From assembly GCA_964533255.1 (NCBI GenBank), contig CAZHKD010000001.1, forward strand, positions 1 through 56,326: a stretch of 56,326 bases of DNA, read 5' to 3'. The position numbers were made by a program, and so were the translations under genes. Source of the stretch: an uncultured archaeon (GTDB lineage: Archaea; Halobacteriota; Archaeoglobi; Archaeoglobales; Archaeoglobaceae). This document shows, in pieces, positions 34,564 through 43,717 of the stretch (positions are counted from its first letter, which is position 1; the number at the start of each line of letters is the position of its first letter). The notes beneath the pieces are model-generated. The model saw nothing but the letters and a program-made list of their open reading frames with translations, was not told where the DNA came from and did not search any database.

Positions 34564-35432
34564 TGCTCCATCCGGATCAGAACCTTCCTCATCTCAGGCT
34601 GGGTCTCTATCAGCTTGGTCAGGTTGTAGTCACCCATTATGGAGATGCTCAGATCGTCCGTGTTCTTTACGTAATTGTATGCGGTCTGATTCCCTCTCAC
34701 GAAGAAAACATTTGGCTCGGTGAAGTGCATGGCAACAACCTTTTCATAATAGCTGCCGTTCATGCGGTAGGCGACTGCATAGAAGTCAGCTGAAACGTTT
34801 CCAGACATTATACTTTTCAACACATCTCCCCTGAACACCAGCATGAATTCAGCGGAACCGATTTGGGAAGTGTAGTTGGTAATGGCCAGGTCTCCGCTCT
34901 TTTTATCATTATACACGTCCACTGCATCGAGAACGGCTGAATATGTTCCCAGGAGAATCGGAGAGGTCTGTAAAATGGCAGCATAGGGCCCGTTAACACG
35001 AACTTCGAGCCCATCATAACTTTCCTTGTCAGTATAGGAGAAGTAGGCCTTTTTCTTTCCGATATCTATCATGTAAAGGACGCTACCGTCCGTGTAGTTG
35101 TAGGATACCACCATTTCCCGGATAGATGCACCGGATGAAAGGGTGAAATGCCTGAAAACCTGATCTTTAAACACGTTCTTCAGGTAGGCGTTTGCGAGAA
35201 TCATGAGGCTTGAATTTGGTGTGAAGTTGAAGTAAATAATCTCATCCCCATTTGCATACCTCAGCAACTCAACTCCAGCCCCCAGCTCAGCTTTTATCTC
35301 CCTTCCCGGCGAAGTGCCGCCTCTGAAAGCGTATGCCAGAACCGAACCGACCATGATCAGTGCCAGCAAGAATGCGAGGAGCTTTGCTGATCTGCTCTGC
35401 ATTTTGTTTACCATGCTGCCCTCTACAACCAC
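34560..35432 (-). CDS. membrane-anchored extracytoplasmic protein, function unknown
   Basis: 290 aa. N-terminal signal-anchor (AKLLAFLLALIMVGSVLAYAF) followed by a beta-rich domain. 4-nt overlap with clp1-like gene. The start could be ATG at codon 7 or 11. Confidence 0.6.
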   Translation of the reverse strand: MVVEGSMVNKMQSRSAKLLAFLLALIMVGSVLAYAFRGGTSPGREIKAELGAGVELLRYANGDEIIYFNFTPNSSLMILANAYLKNVFKDQVFRHFTLSSGASIREMVVSYNYTDGSVLYMIDIGKKKAYFSYTDKESYDGLEVRVNGPYAAILQTSPILLGTYSAVLDAVDVYNDKKSGDLAITNYTSQIGSAEFMLVFRGDVLKSIMSGNVSADFYAVAYRMNGSYYEKVVAMHFTEPNVFFVRGNQTAYNYVKNTDDLSISIMGDYNLTKLIETQPEMRKVLIRMEQ

Positions 35433-35730
35433 TGGTAAATAAAATTTTGTCTGTGGGTGGGTTTCAGGTGGGGGCCAGAGGTTACAGAGAAATGAGTGGG
35501 TGGGCTTGACAGTCCTTCCACCTTACGGGAAGTTGTCCTTACTATGAGCTTCAGCAGCCCTGTCTTCAAGCACCCAGACGGGGTCAAAAAGTTTCAGCGA
35601 CCTCAGGAATTCCTCATCCATGTATGTTCCAACATGGTTATTGATTTCGAATGCTGGCAATTTGGATTTAGGAGTCCAAAAAGCGCAAAAATTATATCCT
35701 GAATCCCGCAGCATCAACGGAGGTGTTATC

Positions 35731-35901
35731 ATGCCAGCTGTAGTTGATGCTGAAAAATGCACTGCATGTGGGACATGTGTAGATGAATGTCCCGTAGGTG
35801 CGATTGAGCTTGAGGATGTGGCCGTGGTGGATGCAGACGCATGTACTGAGTGCGGTACATGCGTGGACGTCTGCCCGAGCGACGCGATAACAATTGAGTG
35901 A
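35731..35901 (+). CDS. 2x[4Fe-4S] ferredoxin
   Basis: 56 aa from ATG 35731 (MPAVVDAEKCTACGTCVDECP...ADACTECGTCVDVCP). Two CxxCxxCxxxCP motifs. Confidence 0.85.
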   Translation: MPAVVDAEKCTACGTCVDECPVGAIELEDVAVVDADACTECGTCVDVCPSDAITIE

Positions 35902-35920
35902 CCCTTTCATTCGCTACATC

Positions 35921-35928
35921 TTTTTTTT
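35921..35928 (+). terminator. oligo-T tract after ferredoxin gene
   Basis: T8 run 20 nt after the stop at 35901. Confidence 0.45.
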
Positions 35929-35976
35929 CACCACAAATTTTTTAATTGGCTGACGTAATTTTTTGGGGGAGACTTC

Positions 35977-36612
35977 ATGGGAATCATACTCAGTCTGAAG
36001 AAGAGGTTCGGGTTTATTTTCAGGTGGATATTCAAGAAGGACAAAATGCGTATCGGCATTTACGGCCCGCCCAATGCCGGGAAAACGACGCTGGCAAACA
36101 GGATTCTGAGAGACTGGACTGGCGATGTAATAGGCTCTGCAAGCGAGATTCCTCATGAGACGAGAAGGGCCAGGCTGAGGGAAGGCGTGAAGATTGAGGT
36201 GGACGGGAAGAGCCTTACCCTCGACATAGTTGACACCCCGGGCCTGGCAACCAAAATCGACTTCCACGACTTTCTGAAGTTCGGTCTGAGTGAGGAGGAG
36301 GCGAAGAGAAGGGCGAAAGAGGCGACAGAGGGTGTTATAGAGGCGATAAAGTGGTTAGATGATCTCGACGGCATACTGCTGGTCATGGATTCAACCGAAG
36401 ACCCTTACACCCAGGTGAACGTCACCATAGTCGGTAACATCGAAGCCAGAAACCTGCCCCTGCTCATAGTGGCCAACAAGATTGACCTTCCAAACGCGTC
36501 GCCGGCCAGAATAAAGGCAGCGTTCCCGCAGCATCCTGTCGTCCCCATTTCTGCGCTGAAGGGTCTGAACATAGACAGCCTGTACAAGGCCATGGCGGAG
36601 AGGTTCGGGTGA
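35977..36612 (+). CDS. small GTP-binding protein (TRAFAC class, Era/EngB-like) with N-terminal amphipathic extension
   Basis: 211 aa. G1 [10 protein letters not shown]3 DTPG, G4 NKID, G5 SAL. ATG 35977 is preceded by GGGGGAG at about -8. First gene of the archaeal GTPase-DUF2073-Zn-ribbon triad. Confidence 0.85.
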   Translation: MGIILSLKKRFGFIFRWIFKKDKMRIGIYGPPNAGKTTLANRILRDWTGDVIGSASEIPHETRRARLREGVKIEVDGKSLTLDIVDTPGLATKIDFHDFLKFGLSEEEAKRRAKEATEGVIEAIKWLDDLDGILLVMDSTEDPYTQVNVTIVGNIEARNLPLLIVANKIDLPNASPARIKAAFPQHPVVPISALKGLNIDSLYKAMAERFG

Positions 36613-36637
36613 TGCATATGAAATTGAGTGTGACGGG

Positions 36638-37000
36638 GTGACGGGGATGGAAGGAGTTCAGCTCAATCTCATATCCAAGGAAAGGCTGGAAAAAATGCCT
36701 TCCATGGAGAAGCTCAGGATGATTCTGGACAGCGTGAAAGAGGGCAAGATAGTGGTGCTGGAGAGCGGTTTGACGCCTGAGGAGGAGGCGAAGCTCATCG
36801 AGCTCACCATGCTGGAAATAGACCACGAGAACTTCGTCGGGATAGAGGTGGAGTCCTACCCCCATAAGGAGAAATCTTTCTTCAGCAAAATACTCGGGAA
36901 GAAAGGTGGGAGGCTGACAGTTATCGGCCCTGCCAACCGCCTTAAGACCCTTTCCAAGCAGGAGGATCTGATTACCGCCCTAGTTCAGCTCGGTGAATAA
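36638..37000 (+). CDS. DUF2073-family protein
   Basis: 120 aa. LISKERLEKMPSMEKLRMILDSVKEGKIVVLESGLTPEEEAKLIELTM matches the archaeal DUF2073 family as I recall it. Conserved position after the GTPase. Confidence 0.7.
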   Translation: MTGMEGVQLNLISKERLEKMPSMEKLRMILDSVKEGKIVVLESGLTPEEEAKLIELTMLEIDHENFVGIEVESYPHKEKSFFSKILGKKGGRLTVIGPANRLKTLSKQEDLITALVQLGE

Positions 37001-37016
37001 TCTTTGGTGAAAGACA

Positions 37017-37337
37017 ATGCCCCACCAATGCACGAAATGCGGAAAGGAGTATGCTGATGGAGACGTTCGCATACTCAGCGGATGCGAGTGCGGAAACAAC
37101 AGGTTCCTCTACGTTCCGAAGGTTAAAAGGGAGAAGGAGGAGCAGGTTGAGGAAATCAAGGAGCAGCTTTCTGAGATGGGTATTGAGAGCGTCAAGATTC
37201 TTGCCCCGGGCATGTACGAGATAAACCTTGAAAGAATTCTGGAGCGGGACGAGATCGTCATTGCGCTGCAGGAAGACGGGAGGTACGTTATCCACCTTCC
37301 ATCTCTTTTGAAGAGGAGAAAGGAGAAAAAACAGTGA
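37017..37337 (+). CDS. Zn-ribbon protein (DUF2072-like)
   Basis: 106 aa. CTKCGKEY...CECG zinc ribbon followed by a charged helical region. Third member of the conserved triad. Confidence 0.7.
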   Translation: MPHQCTKCGKEYADGDVRILSGCECGNNRFLYVPKVKREKEEQVEEIKEQLSEMGIESVKILAPGMYEINLERILERDEIVIALQEDGRYVIHLPSLLKRRKEKKQ

Positions 37338-37654
37338 GCGGGTTTCGTAGGATCGTCAGGTAAAGTCAGACATGCAGTGATGGCCTCCACTAACCAACAT
37401 GCTTTACCTCCTGGGTGGGCTGAGCGCGCTTGCTCGGAGCGCGAAGCAAAAGCAAGTGGCTCAAATCTGATGGTGGGAGAAAAAGGTTTTCTTACGCAGT
37501 TCATCCCGCAATCTAAAGATTGGATATTTCTTGCTGATCAGTGTTAACAAAAATACAACTGAATTATTATATAACTTAAATAAACTATTTAAAAATTTAC
37601 CAAAACAAAAAACCCAAAGTTTAAAAACTGTTCTCTGCTCAGTATTATTTGCTC

Positions 37655-38911
37655 ATGAATAATGACTACTGGGACCCCAAAATCGAACTGATGAGCAGAA
37701 AAGACCTCGAGAATTTGCAGTTAAAACGGCTGAGGTGGCAGATAAGGAGGTGTTATGAGAACTCTCTGTTCTACAGAGTCAAGTTTAAAAAAGCCGGCGT
37801 ATCTCCGGAAGACATAAGAACGCTGGACGACTTGGAAAAGTTCCCATTCGTGTTCAAGGGCGAGCTCAGGGATGAACAGAGGAGATTTGGCGTTAACAGG
37901 TACCTTGTTACCAGAGACAAGCTTGTAGAAGCATATCCAACTTCCGGAACCACAGGAGAGCCGGTTCTCAACTTCTGGACAGAGATGGACAGGGAGTACA
38001 TAATCGACGTTACGGCCAGAACTCTCTGGAGCATGGGATTGAGGAGCGATGACGTCGTTCACAACGCCTTCAAGTACGAGCTCTGGGCAGTTGGCATGGC
38101 AATTCATCGAGCTGTCCAGAAGATTGGAGGATTCGTCCTGCCTATCGGCGACGGGAAGCTGATGAGGCAGATTGAGTTTCTGGTCAATATGTCGCCTACG
38201 GCCATCTTCTCAACGCCTACGCTGGCACTTAAAATAGGAAGTAAACTCCACGAGCTCGGATACAGTGGTGACGATCTGACCCTGGAATTCGGTGCTTTTG
38301 GTGGCGAGCCCGGAGCAGGCATACCTTCCACCAGAAAAAAGATAGAAAAGCTGCTGGGAATCGATGCCTACGACTACTACGGGCTCATGGAAATTGCGCC
38401 CACCTTCGCCTCTGAGTGCACGGAGAAGGCCGGCCTTCACTGGAGCGAAGATTACCATCTGGTGGAGATCGTCGACCCGAAAACCAGTGAAAGGGTTGGA
38501 GAGGGGGAGAAGGGCGTCGTCGTGATTACGCATCTGTCCAAAGAGGCCACACCCATGGTAAGGTACTGGACCGGAGACATAGCCAGACTGGAATACGAGA
38601 AGTGCTCCTGCGGCAGAACGCACGCCAGGTCTCCGGGCGGGATAGTTGGCAGAACTGACGATATGATAATTTACCACGGGATAAGCTTCTACCCCAGCGA
38701 AATCGAAGAAGTTTTGCGTCTCTTCCCTGAAGTTGGCACTGAATACACAATTACTCTGACCGATCAGGACAGATGTGTTGTAGAAATAGAGCTTGACCCT
38801 AACTTCGCCTCCCAAAGAAGGGACGTGTACTCCCTAAGACAGGAGATTTCCGAATACCTTACCAGCTTCTTTGGCGTCCCCATTGAGGTGGAGATAAAAA
38901 ATATCAACTGA
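37655..38911 (+). CDS. paaK: phenylacetate-CoA ligase family protein (PaaK / coenzyme F390 synthetase-like)
   Basis: About 418 aa from ATG 37655. YWDPKIELMSRKDLENLQLKRLRWQI, TSGTTGEP (AMP-binding P-loop) and the C-terminal GRTDDMII motif. Confidence 0.9.
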   Translation: MNNDYWDPKIELMSRKDLENLQLKRLRWQIRRCYENSLFYRVKFKKAGVSPEDIRTLDDLEKFPFVFKGELRDEQRRFGVNRYLVTRDKLVEAYPTSGTTGEPVLNFWTEMDREYIIDVTARTLWSMGLRSDDVVHNAFKYELWAVGMAIHRAVQKIGGFVLPIGDGKLMRQIEFLVNMSPTAIFSTPTLALKIGSKLHELGYSGDDLTLEFGAFGGEPGAGIPSTRKKIEKLLGIDAYDYYGLMEIAPTFASECTEKAGLHWSEDYHLVEIVDPKTSERVGEGEKGVVVITHLSKEATPMVRYWTGDIARLEYEKCSCGRTHARSPGGIVGRTDDMIIYHGISFYPSEIEEVLRLFPEVGTEYTITLTDQDRCVVEIELDPNFASQRRDVYSLRQEISEYLTSFFGVPIEVEIKNIN

Positions 38912-38915
38912 AGTG

Positions 38916-40613
38916 TTAAATCTGTTTCTTCCACCCTCTGAGCTTATAGTACTCCTCAAGCATGGCTTTAAAGCTCTCTTCGTCAACAGCAAATTCCCTG
39001 TCGTATTTTCTCAGTGGTTTGAAGAAGGTGGATGGCGGCCTCTCACTTATAACCCCTTCTCTGATGTTGAACTCTCTGGTTAGATTGTGAATTCTTTCTC
39101 CGGCTTTCTTGAGCTCCTCCACACTTGTTTTCCTGCCGGTAACGATGCTCAGCAGTTCAGCAATCTCCTTCCAGCCCATTCCAATGATCGGCAGGCACAA
39201 AAACCTGCAGAAAACCAGAGAATCGACGACGCAGTAGAAGTCCTCCAGGTCCTTAACCAGCGCCGCCTGACCTTCAGGGGAGAATCTATCCAGAACCCCT
39301 GTAAGGTTGGGGCGATAGGCGCAGCTTCGCATGTGGCAGGCTCCTCTTTGTGATGTTACATACGCTAGAGCCATGCTGTAAAGGCCCCGTGGATCGTAAG
39401 CTGGTGGTTCCAGCCCCTTCACGTGCACCGGCTCGGTGGAGGCGTTGAGCAGCTTCGCAGCCCTCATAACTCCCTCGGCAAGTATGTCACCTACACCTTC
39501 TCTGAAGGCTATTTTTCTAAGCAACTCCAGAATTGCCTCGCCATCGCCGAATCCAATCCTCTCTTCAACCTCTCCATTCTCGCTGCACGCCATCAGGAAT
39601 GCTATGGCGTTGCCGGCAGAAATGACGTCCATTCCGAACCTGTCACAGAGGTCGTTGGCCCTGATTATTGATTCCAGATCGCTGTTGTAGCAGAGAGAGC
39701 CGAAGGAGAACAGGGTTTCGTACTCCGGCCCTTCAACCTTCAAGTCTCCAATCCTGGTTACCTTCCCGCACGCAACAACGCAGGCGTAGCATGCAGTGTT
39801 TCTCTCAACGTACTTCTGCATGGCCTCAGCATTTATGCTCTCGAAGCCTTCAAAGCTCCCCTCCTGCCAGTACTTGGTGGGCAGAACTCCGGCTTCGTTC
39901 GTCAAAGCCATTATGCCCGGTGTGCCGTACTTCGTCATTCCCTGAAGGTTGCTGACAACGTTTTGATTCAGCCACCTCCGGAATTCCTTCAGTTTTTCGG
40001 GCTCAGCCACCTCCACTTTCCCGCTGCCCCTGACAACAATTCCCTTCAGATTTTTTGAGCCCATGACTGCTCCAGCTCCAGCCCTGCCGAACTGCCTGCC
40101 TTTTCTGTGACTTATGCAGGCGAATCTGACGAGGTTTTCTCCGGCCTGCCCTATCGCAAGGACTTCACCGCCTTCGTCTTTTCTGAGGATTTCCTCAGTT
40201 TCGTGGCTGTCCTTCCCCCAGAGGTGGGATGCGTCTTTTACCTGGATGTTCCTGTCTTCCACAAGGATGTAAACGGGCCTGTCGGCTTTTCCGGTTATGA
40301 ACAGGAAATCTATGCCTGTTTTTCTCATCTCGTAAGCGATGAAGCCGCCGCACTGGGATTCTCCATATCCGCCTGTCATGGGGGATTTGAAGACGCAGGT
40401 CATTCTTGATGCTCCGGACAGAGCTATCCCGTTGAGGGGGCCGATTCCGAATATCAGTGCGTTATCTGGATGGAAGGGGTCTATCTTTGGTGGAATTTCG
40501 AAAAGGAGTTTTGTAGCAACTCCTTTTCCACCGATGTACTCTTTCACCCAGTTTGCTGGCAGTTCAGATACTTTAACAGCAGGTTCGGACAGATTGATTC
40601 TGGCGACGAGCAT
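38916..40613 (-). CDS. aor: aldehyde:ferredoxin oxidoreductase family (tungstopterin enzyme)
   Basis: 565 aa. N-terminal AOR domain (EYIGGKGVATKLL, GPLNG...SGASR), [4Fe-4S] Cys ligands and pterin-binding motifs (GxxxCxxC-type ACYACVVACGK; DSLVFCRF). Confidence 0.9.
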   Translation of the reverse strand: MLVARINLSEPAVKVSELPANWVKEYIGGKGVATKLLFEIPPKIDPFHPDNALIFGIGPLNGIALSGASRMTCVFKSPMTGGYGESQCGGFIAYEMRKTGIDFLFITGKADRPVYILVEDRNIQVKDASHLWGKDSHETEEILRKDEGGEVLAIGQAGENLVRFACISHRKGRQFGRAGAGAVMGSKNLKGIVVRGSGKVEVAEPEKLKEFRRWLNQNVVSNLQGMTKYGTPGIMALTNEAGVLPTKYWQEGSFEGFESINAEAMQKYVERNTACYACVVACGKVTRIGDLKVEGPEYETLFSFGSLCYNSDLESIIRANDLCDRFGMDVISAGNAIAFLMACSENGEVEERIGFGDGEAILELLRKIAFREGVGDILAEGVMRAAKLLNASTEPVHVKGLEPPAYDPRGLYSMALAYVTSQRGACHMRSCAYRPNLTGVLDRFSPEGQAALVKDLEDFYCVVDSLVFCRFLCLPIIGMGWKEIAELLSIVTGRKTSVEELKKAGERIHNLTREFNIREGVISERPPSTFFKPLRKYDREFAVDEESFKAMLEEYYKLRGWKKQI

Positions 40614-40769
40614 GCTATCCCTCCTGACACAAACATGTGGGAGTAAGCTTTCAGTACGATTATTCCTTATAAATTTTTAGCAGGGTTCAGCGATTCCGCT
40701 CAGCTCGTCAACCCGCATGAGGCTAGGTAGCACACCCCTCACTTGCGCATCCCAGTCCACCCACACAAA

Positions 40770-41612
40770 TTAAAAAATCGCGAGGACATCAATGGTTGCT
40801 CCGAGAAACACAAGTCCCAGATAAATGTCCGAGAACCTGTAGTTTTTTATCGCGTAGTCTGTTGATCTCAACAGCAGTCTGCTGAGGTAAATCATGACTG
40901 CGCCTCCAGAAGCCGATAACAGCAGGTAAAAAACTCCGAGTTCCGTGAAGTAGAGGAAGAGGATTATTGAAAAGCCAACAAGCACATACGTGCTTAGGGC
41001 AATGTACTTTCTTGCCCTGACGTTATCCACAACGGCCGGCAGCATTGGCACCCCCGCTCTCATGTAGTCCCTTTTGTGGGCAAGGGCAAAGCTCCAGAAG
41101 TGGGATGGTGTCCAGAGAAAAACCAGAAAGGACATGGCTAAAGCCAGCGTAGAGAGTTCGCTCTCAGCAGCTGCAAAGCCTGCCAGAACCGCGCAGCTTC
41201 CAGCCCAACCACCCACAACCACACTTGTCCAGCTCCTCCTCTTCAACAGGATTGTGTAGATACCCACGTATATGAACGCTCCGAGAAGGGCGAAAAAGGC
41301 TGTGGCGAAATTGATCATCGCTGCCACTGCAATCCCGGATGCCACCAGCAGACAGCCCGAAAACAGAGCAGTCTCAGGCCTGACGAGTCCACGTGGCAGA
41401 GGTCTGCTTTTTGTGCGATTCATGAGGGTGTCGATGTCCACATCGAAGTAGTTGTTGAGGGCTGCAGCCCCCGAACTTGCCAGAAATCCGGAAATCGATA
41501 GGAGCAATGCTGTGCCCACGCTGTATCCGCCACCCATAAGGTAAGATAAAAGAGCAATAAAAACCGAAAAAATTCCTATCTTGGGCTTGAATATCTGAAT
41601 CCCCGCCTCCAT
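40770..41612 (-). CDS. ctaB: protohaem IX farnesyltransferase (haem O synthase)
   Basis: 280 aa UbiA-family membrane protein. NNYFDVDIDTLMNRTKSRPLPRG is the CtaB/CyoE Asp-rich motif. It lies 16 nt downstream of oxidase subunit I. Confidence 0.9.
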   Translation of the reverse strand: MEAGIQIFKPKIGIFSVFIALLSYLMGGGYSVGTALLLSISGFLASSGAAALNNYFDVDIDTLMNRTKSRPLPRGLVRPETALFSGCLLVASGIAVAAMINFATAFFALLGAFIYVGIYTILLKRRSWTSVVVGGWAGSCAVLAGFAAAESELSTLALAMSFLVFLWTPSHFWSFALAHKRDYMRAGVPMLPAVVDNVRARKYIALSTYVLVGFSIILFLYFTELGVFYLLLSASGGAVMIYLSRLLLRSTDYAIKNYRFSDIYLGLVFLGATIDVLAIF

Positions 41613-41628
41613 GATCCTTTGAAGCGCT

Positions 41629-43242
41629 TCACCTGAGGTTCGGCAGCACTGGTGGCGCGCCAGGAGAGGCCATGTTTATTATCTGCAGCGTCGGCATTAC
41701 ATAGGCCACGAGGATAAGCAATATTGCAATTGCTGTGAAGAGTTTGAAGTTGTCAACCATCCCAGCAGGGCCAAGATTTTCCACTGTGCCATCTTTTAAC
41801 GCCACCGACTCTCTTTCACCCGAAACGGCAGTTCTGGCAATGTTGTACAGCAGAAGCACTACGCTTGCAAACATCAGAAATCCTCCTGCAGCAGCCGCAG
41901 CAAGGTATGGTGTCCAGATAGATGTCATGGGGGTGCCATACGTCACATCGTACGTCCTTCTCGGTGACCCCAGAACTCCAAGGTAAAGCATCGAGGTTGA
42001 AAACACTATTACTCCCGCAAACCACATGTACACCTGGATTAGTGCCAGCCTGCTGCTGAACAGCCGCCTACCAAGAATCTGTGGTACAAGGACATAAGAC
42101 AGTCCCATAAACGTCAGGGCTACTGCCGAACCCACAGTCAGGTGGAAGTGTCCCGGAACCCATGCAGTGTTGTGGACAACGTAATTGAGGTTGTATCCGG
42201 CGTTAACCGCTCCGGTGGCGCCGCCCAGTGCAAAGAGGATCATGGCAAGGGCTATGGAGGCAAAGGTCGGGTCCTTCCATGGAAGCCTGAGTATCCACCC
42301 AAACAGTCCGCTCCCTCCCCTGAGCCTTGCTCCCATCTCCATCGTCGCCGTAACTGTGAAGGCCGTTATCAGGCTTGGAACAAAAACCGAATAGGTTGTC
42401 GCCGTGTGAAGGTATTTCCATGCTTCCTCTATCCCGGGATCCATGAACTGGTGATGGTAGCCGACCGGTGTGGAGAAGAGGATGAAGAGGACAAAAACGA
42501 CTCTGGCGAGGGTGTCGCTGAAAATTCTGACGTTGAGAATCTTGGGGAGCACAGTGTACCACACGATGTAAACGGGCAGAAGCCAGAAGTAGACCAGCGG
42601 ATGTCCGAAGTACCAGAAGAGGTTCCTGGCCAGAAGCGGATCGATTCTTTCAGTAATCCCCAGTGACCAAGGAATCAGTAAGAACAGCGCTTCTGCTGCG
42701 ATTCCGACGGTTGCGAGTATCCATATTATGAGTGTCGCGACCACGCCGAACACGTCAAGAGGTAGTTTTTTGCCGGCATTTCCCTGCAACCTCCACTTCC
42801 TGACTGTCACGAGCACATTAGCTGTGAAAAACCAGGTTCCAACGATGAGCAGTGTAGCACCTATGTAGAACGCAGGAGAAGCCATCATTGGCGGATAGAA
42901 TGTGTAGAGAACGTTTGCCTTTCCGAGAAGTATTGTCACCGCCGCCATCGCAGCCCCAGCTGTGGCCAATCCGAATCCAAGGGCATTGAGGGAAGGATAC
43001 GTCCCGATTCCAAGGCTCCTGTTCACCACAAACAGTGCGAGGGACATTATGAAGAACGTGGTGAAAACGAGGGCCATGAGAACACCGTGTCCGGTTAGAG
43101 CCATGTAATACGTTTTTGCTGGGACAATATCTATTCCTGGAACTCTCTCCAGAACCTGAAACAGGCCGAAAATGGCTCCAAGGCCGAGAGCGATGAACGA
43201 CAGTGCAAACCCGAACTTTATGTAGAACCTGTCGTCAGGCAC
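41629..43242 (-). CDS. cbaA: haem-copper oxidase subunit I, B-family (ba3-like)
   Basis: 537 aa, about 12-13 TM. FGHPLVYFW (His-Tyr cross-link spacing H-x3-Y), HTATTYSVFVPS, and VHNTAWVPGHFHLTV (haem a3/b His pair) resemble Thermus ba3 subunit I as I recall it. Confidence 0.9.
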   Translation of the reverse strand: MPDDRFYIKFGFALSFIALGLGAIFGLFQVLERVPGIDIVPAKTYYMALTGHGVLMALVFTTFFIMSLALFVVNRSLGIGTYPSLNALGFGLATAGAAMAAVTILLGKANVLYTFYPPMMASPAFYIGATLLIVGTWFFTANVLVTVRKWRLQGNAGKKLPLDVFGVVATLIIWILATVGIAAEALFLLIPWSLGITERIDPLLARNLFWYFGHPLVYFWLLPVYIVWYTVLPKILNVRIFSDTLARVVFVLFILFSTPVGYHHQFMDPGIEEAWKYLHTATTYSVFVPSLITAFTVTATMEMGARLRGGSGLFGWILRLPWKDPTFASIALAMILFALGGATGAVNAGYNLNYVVHNTAWVPGHFHLTVGSAVALTFMGLSYVLVPQILGRRLFSSRLALIQVYMWFAGVIVFSTSMLYLGVLGSPRRTYDVTYGTPMTSIWTPYLAAAAAGGFLMFASVVLLLYNIARTAVSGERESVALKDGTVENLGPAGMVDNFKLFTAIAILLILVAYVMPTLQIINMASPGAPPVLPNLR

Positions 43243-43717
43243 TCCTCACACCTCCCTCAACAACAAGTTTGGCCTTCATCAGATGGTGTCCCTGACCGCA
43301 GTACTCGTTGCAGATGATCAGATACGCTCCAGCCTTCTCGAACTTTGCAGAAACAACAGAGATGTAGCCGGGCATCACCATTGTCTGAACATTCGTGCCA
43401 ACGACCTGAAAGCCATGAACGGCGTCTGGACTTGTGATGTAGAAGGTAACCTTTGCACCCACTGGTATGACGATTTCATTGGGTAGGAATGTCCACATCC
43501 TTGCAACCATATACACTCTGTACTCCTCTCCGGGAATCACCTCCTCAACCCTTGGGCTGGCAAATCTGCTATCTTCCCCTATTTTTTTCGGGTCTATCAC
43601 CTCAGCCCTGTGAGGTGTCTGAATGCCCACCGAAAATCCGTAGTAACCAACAATTACCAAAAACACTGCCACCATCGCAACACTGAAAAGTATCCACCCT
43701 GTTTCATACCTGTTCAT
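43235..43717 (-). CDS. cbaB: haem-copper oxidase subunit II with CuA centre
   Basis: 160 aa from ATG 43717. One N-terminal TM helix and a cupredoxin domain with CuA ligands (VHGFQV ... CNEYCGQGHHLM). 8-nt overlap with subunit I. Confidence 0.9.
   Translation of the reverse strand: MNRYETGWILFSVAMVAVFLVIVGYYGFSVGIQTPHRAEVIDPKKIGEDSRFASPRVEEVIPGEEYRVYMVARMWTFLPNEIVIPVGAKVTFYITSPDAVHGFQVVGTNVQTMVMPGYISVVSAKFEKAGAYLIICNEYCGQGHHLMKAKLVVEGGVRSA

Noticed and set aside
35453-35504. Direct repeat GTGGGTGGG x2 with an intervening G5 run, considered as a G-quadruplex or repeat element
   Set aside because: The loop lengths (1, 8 and about 27 nt) do not fit a canonical intramolecular G4. There are only two copies, and it lies in a promoter-distal spacer with no other supporting feature.
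37374-37470. Possible C/D box sRNA (GTGATGG ... CTGA ... CTGA)
   Set aside because: The box spacing (about 40 and 45 nt) is far larger than the roughly 12-nt guide spacing of archaeal C/D sRNAs, and no clear C' box is present. The region is kept only as a generic structured-RNA candidate.
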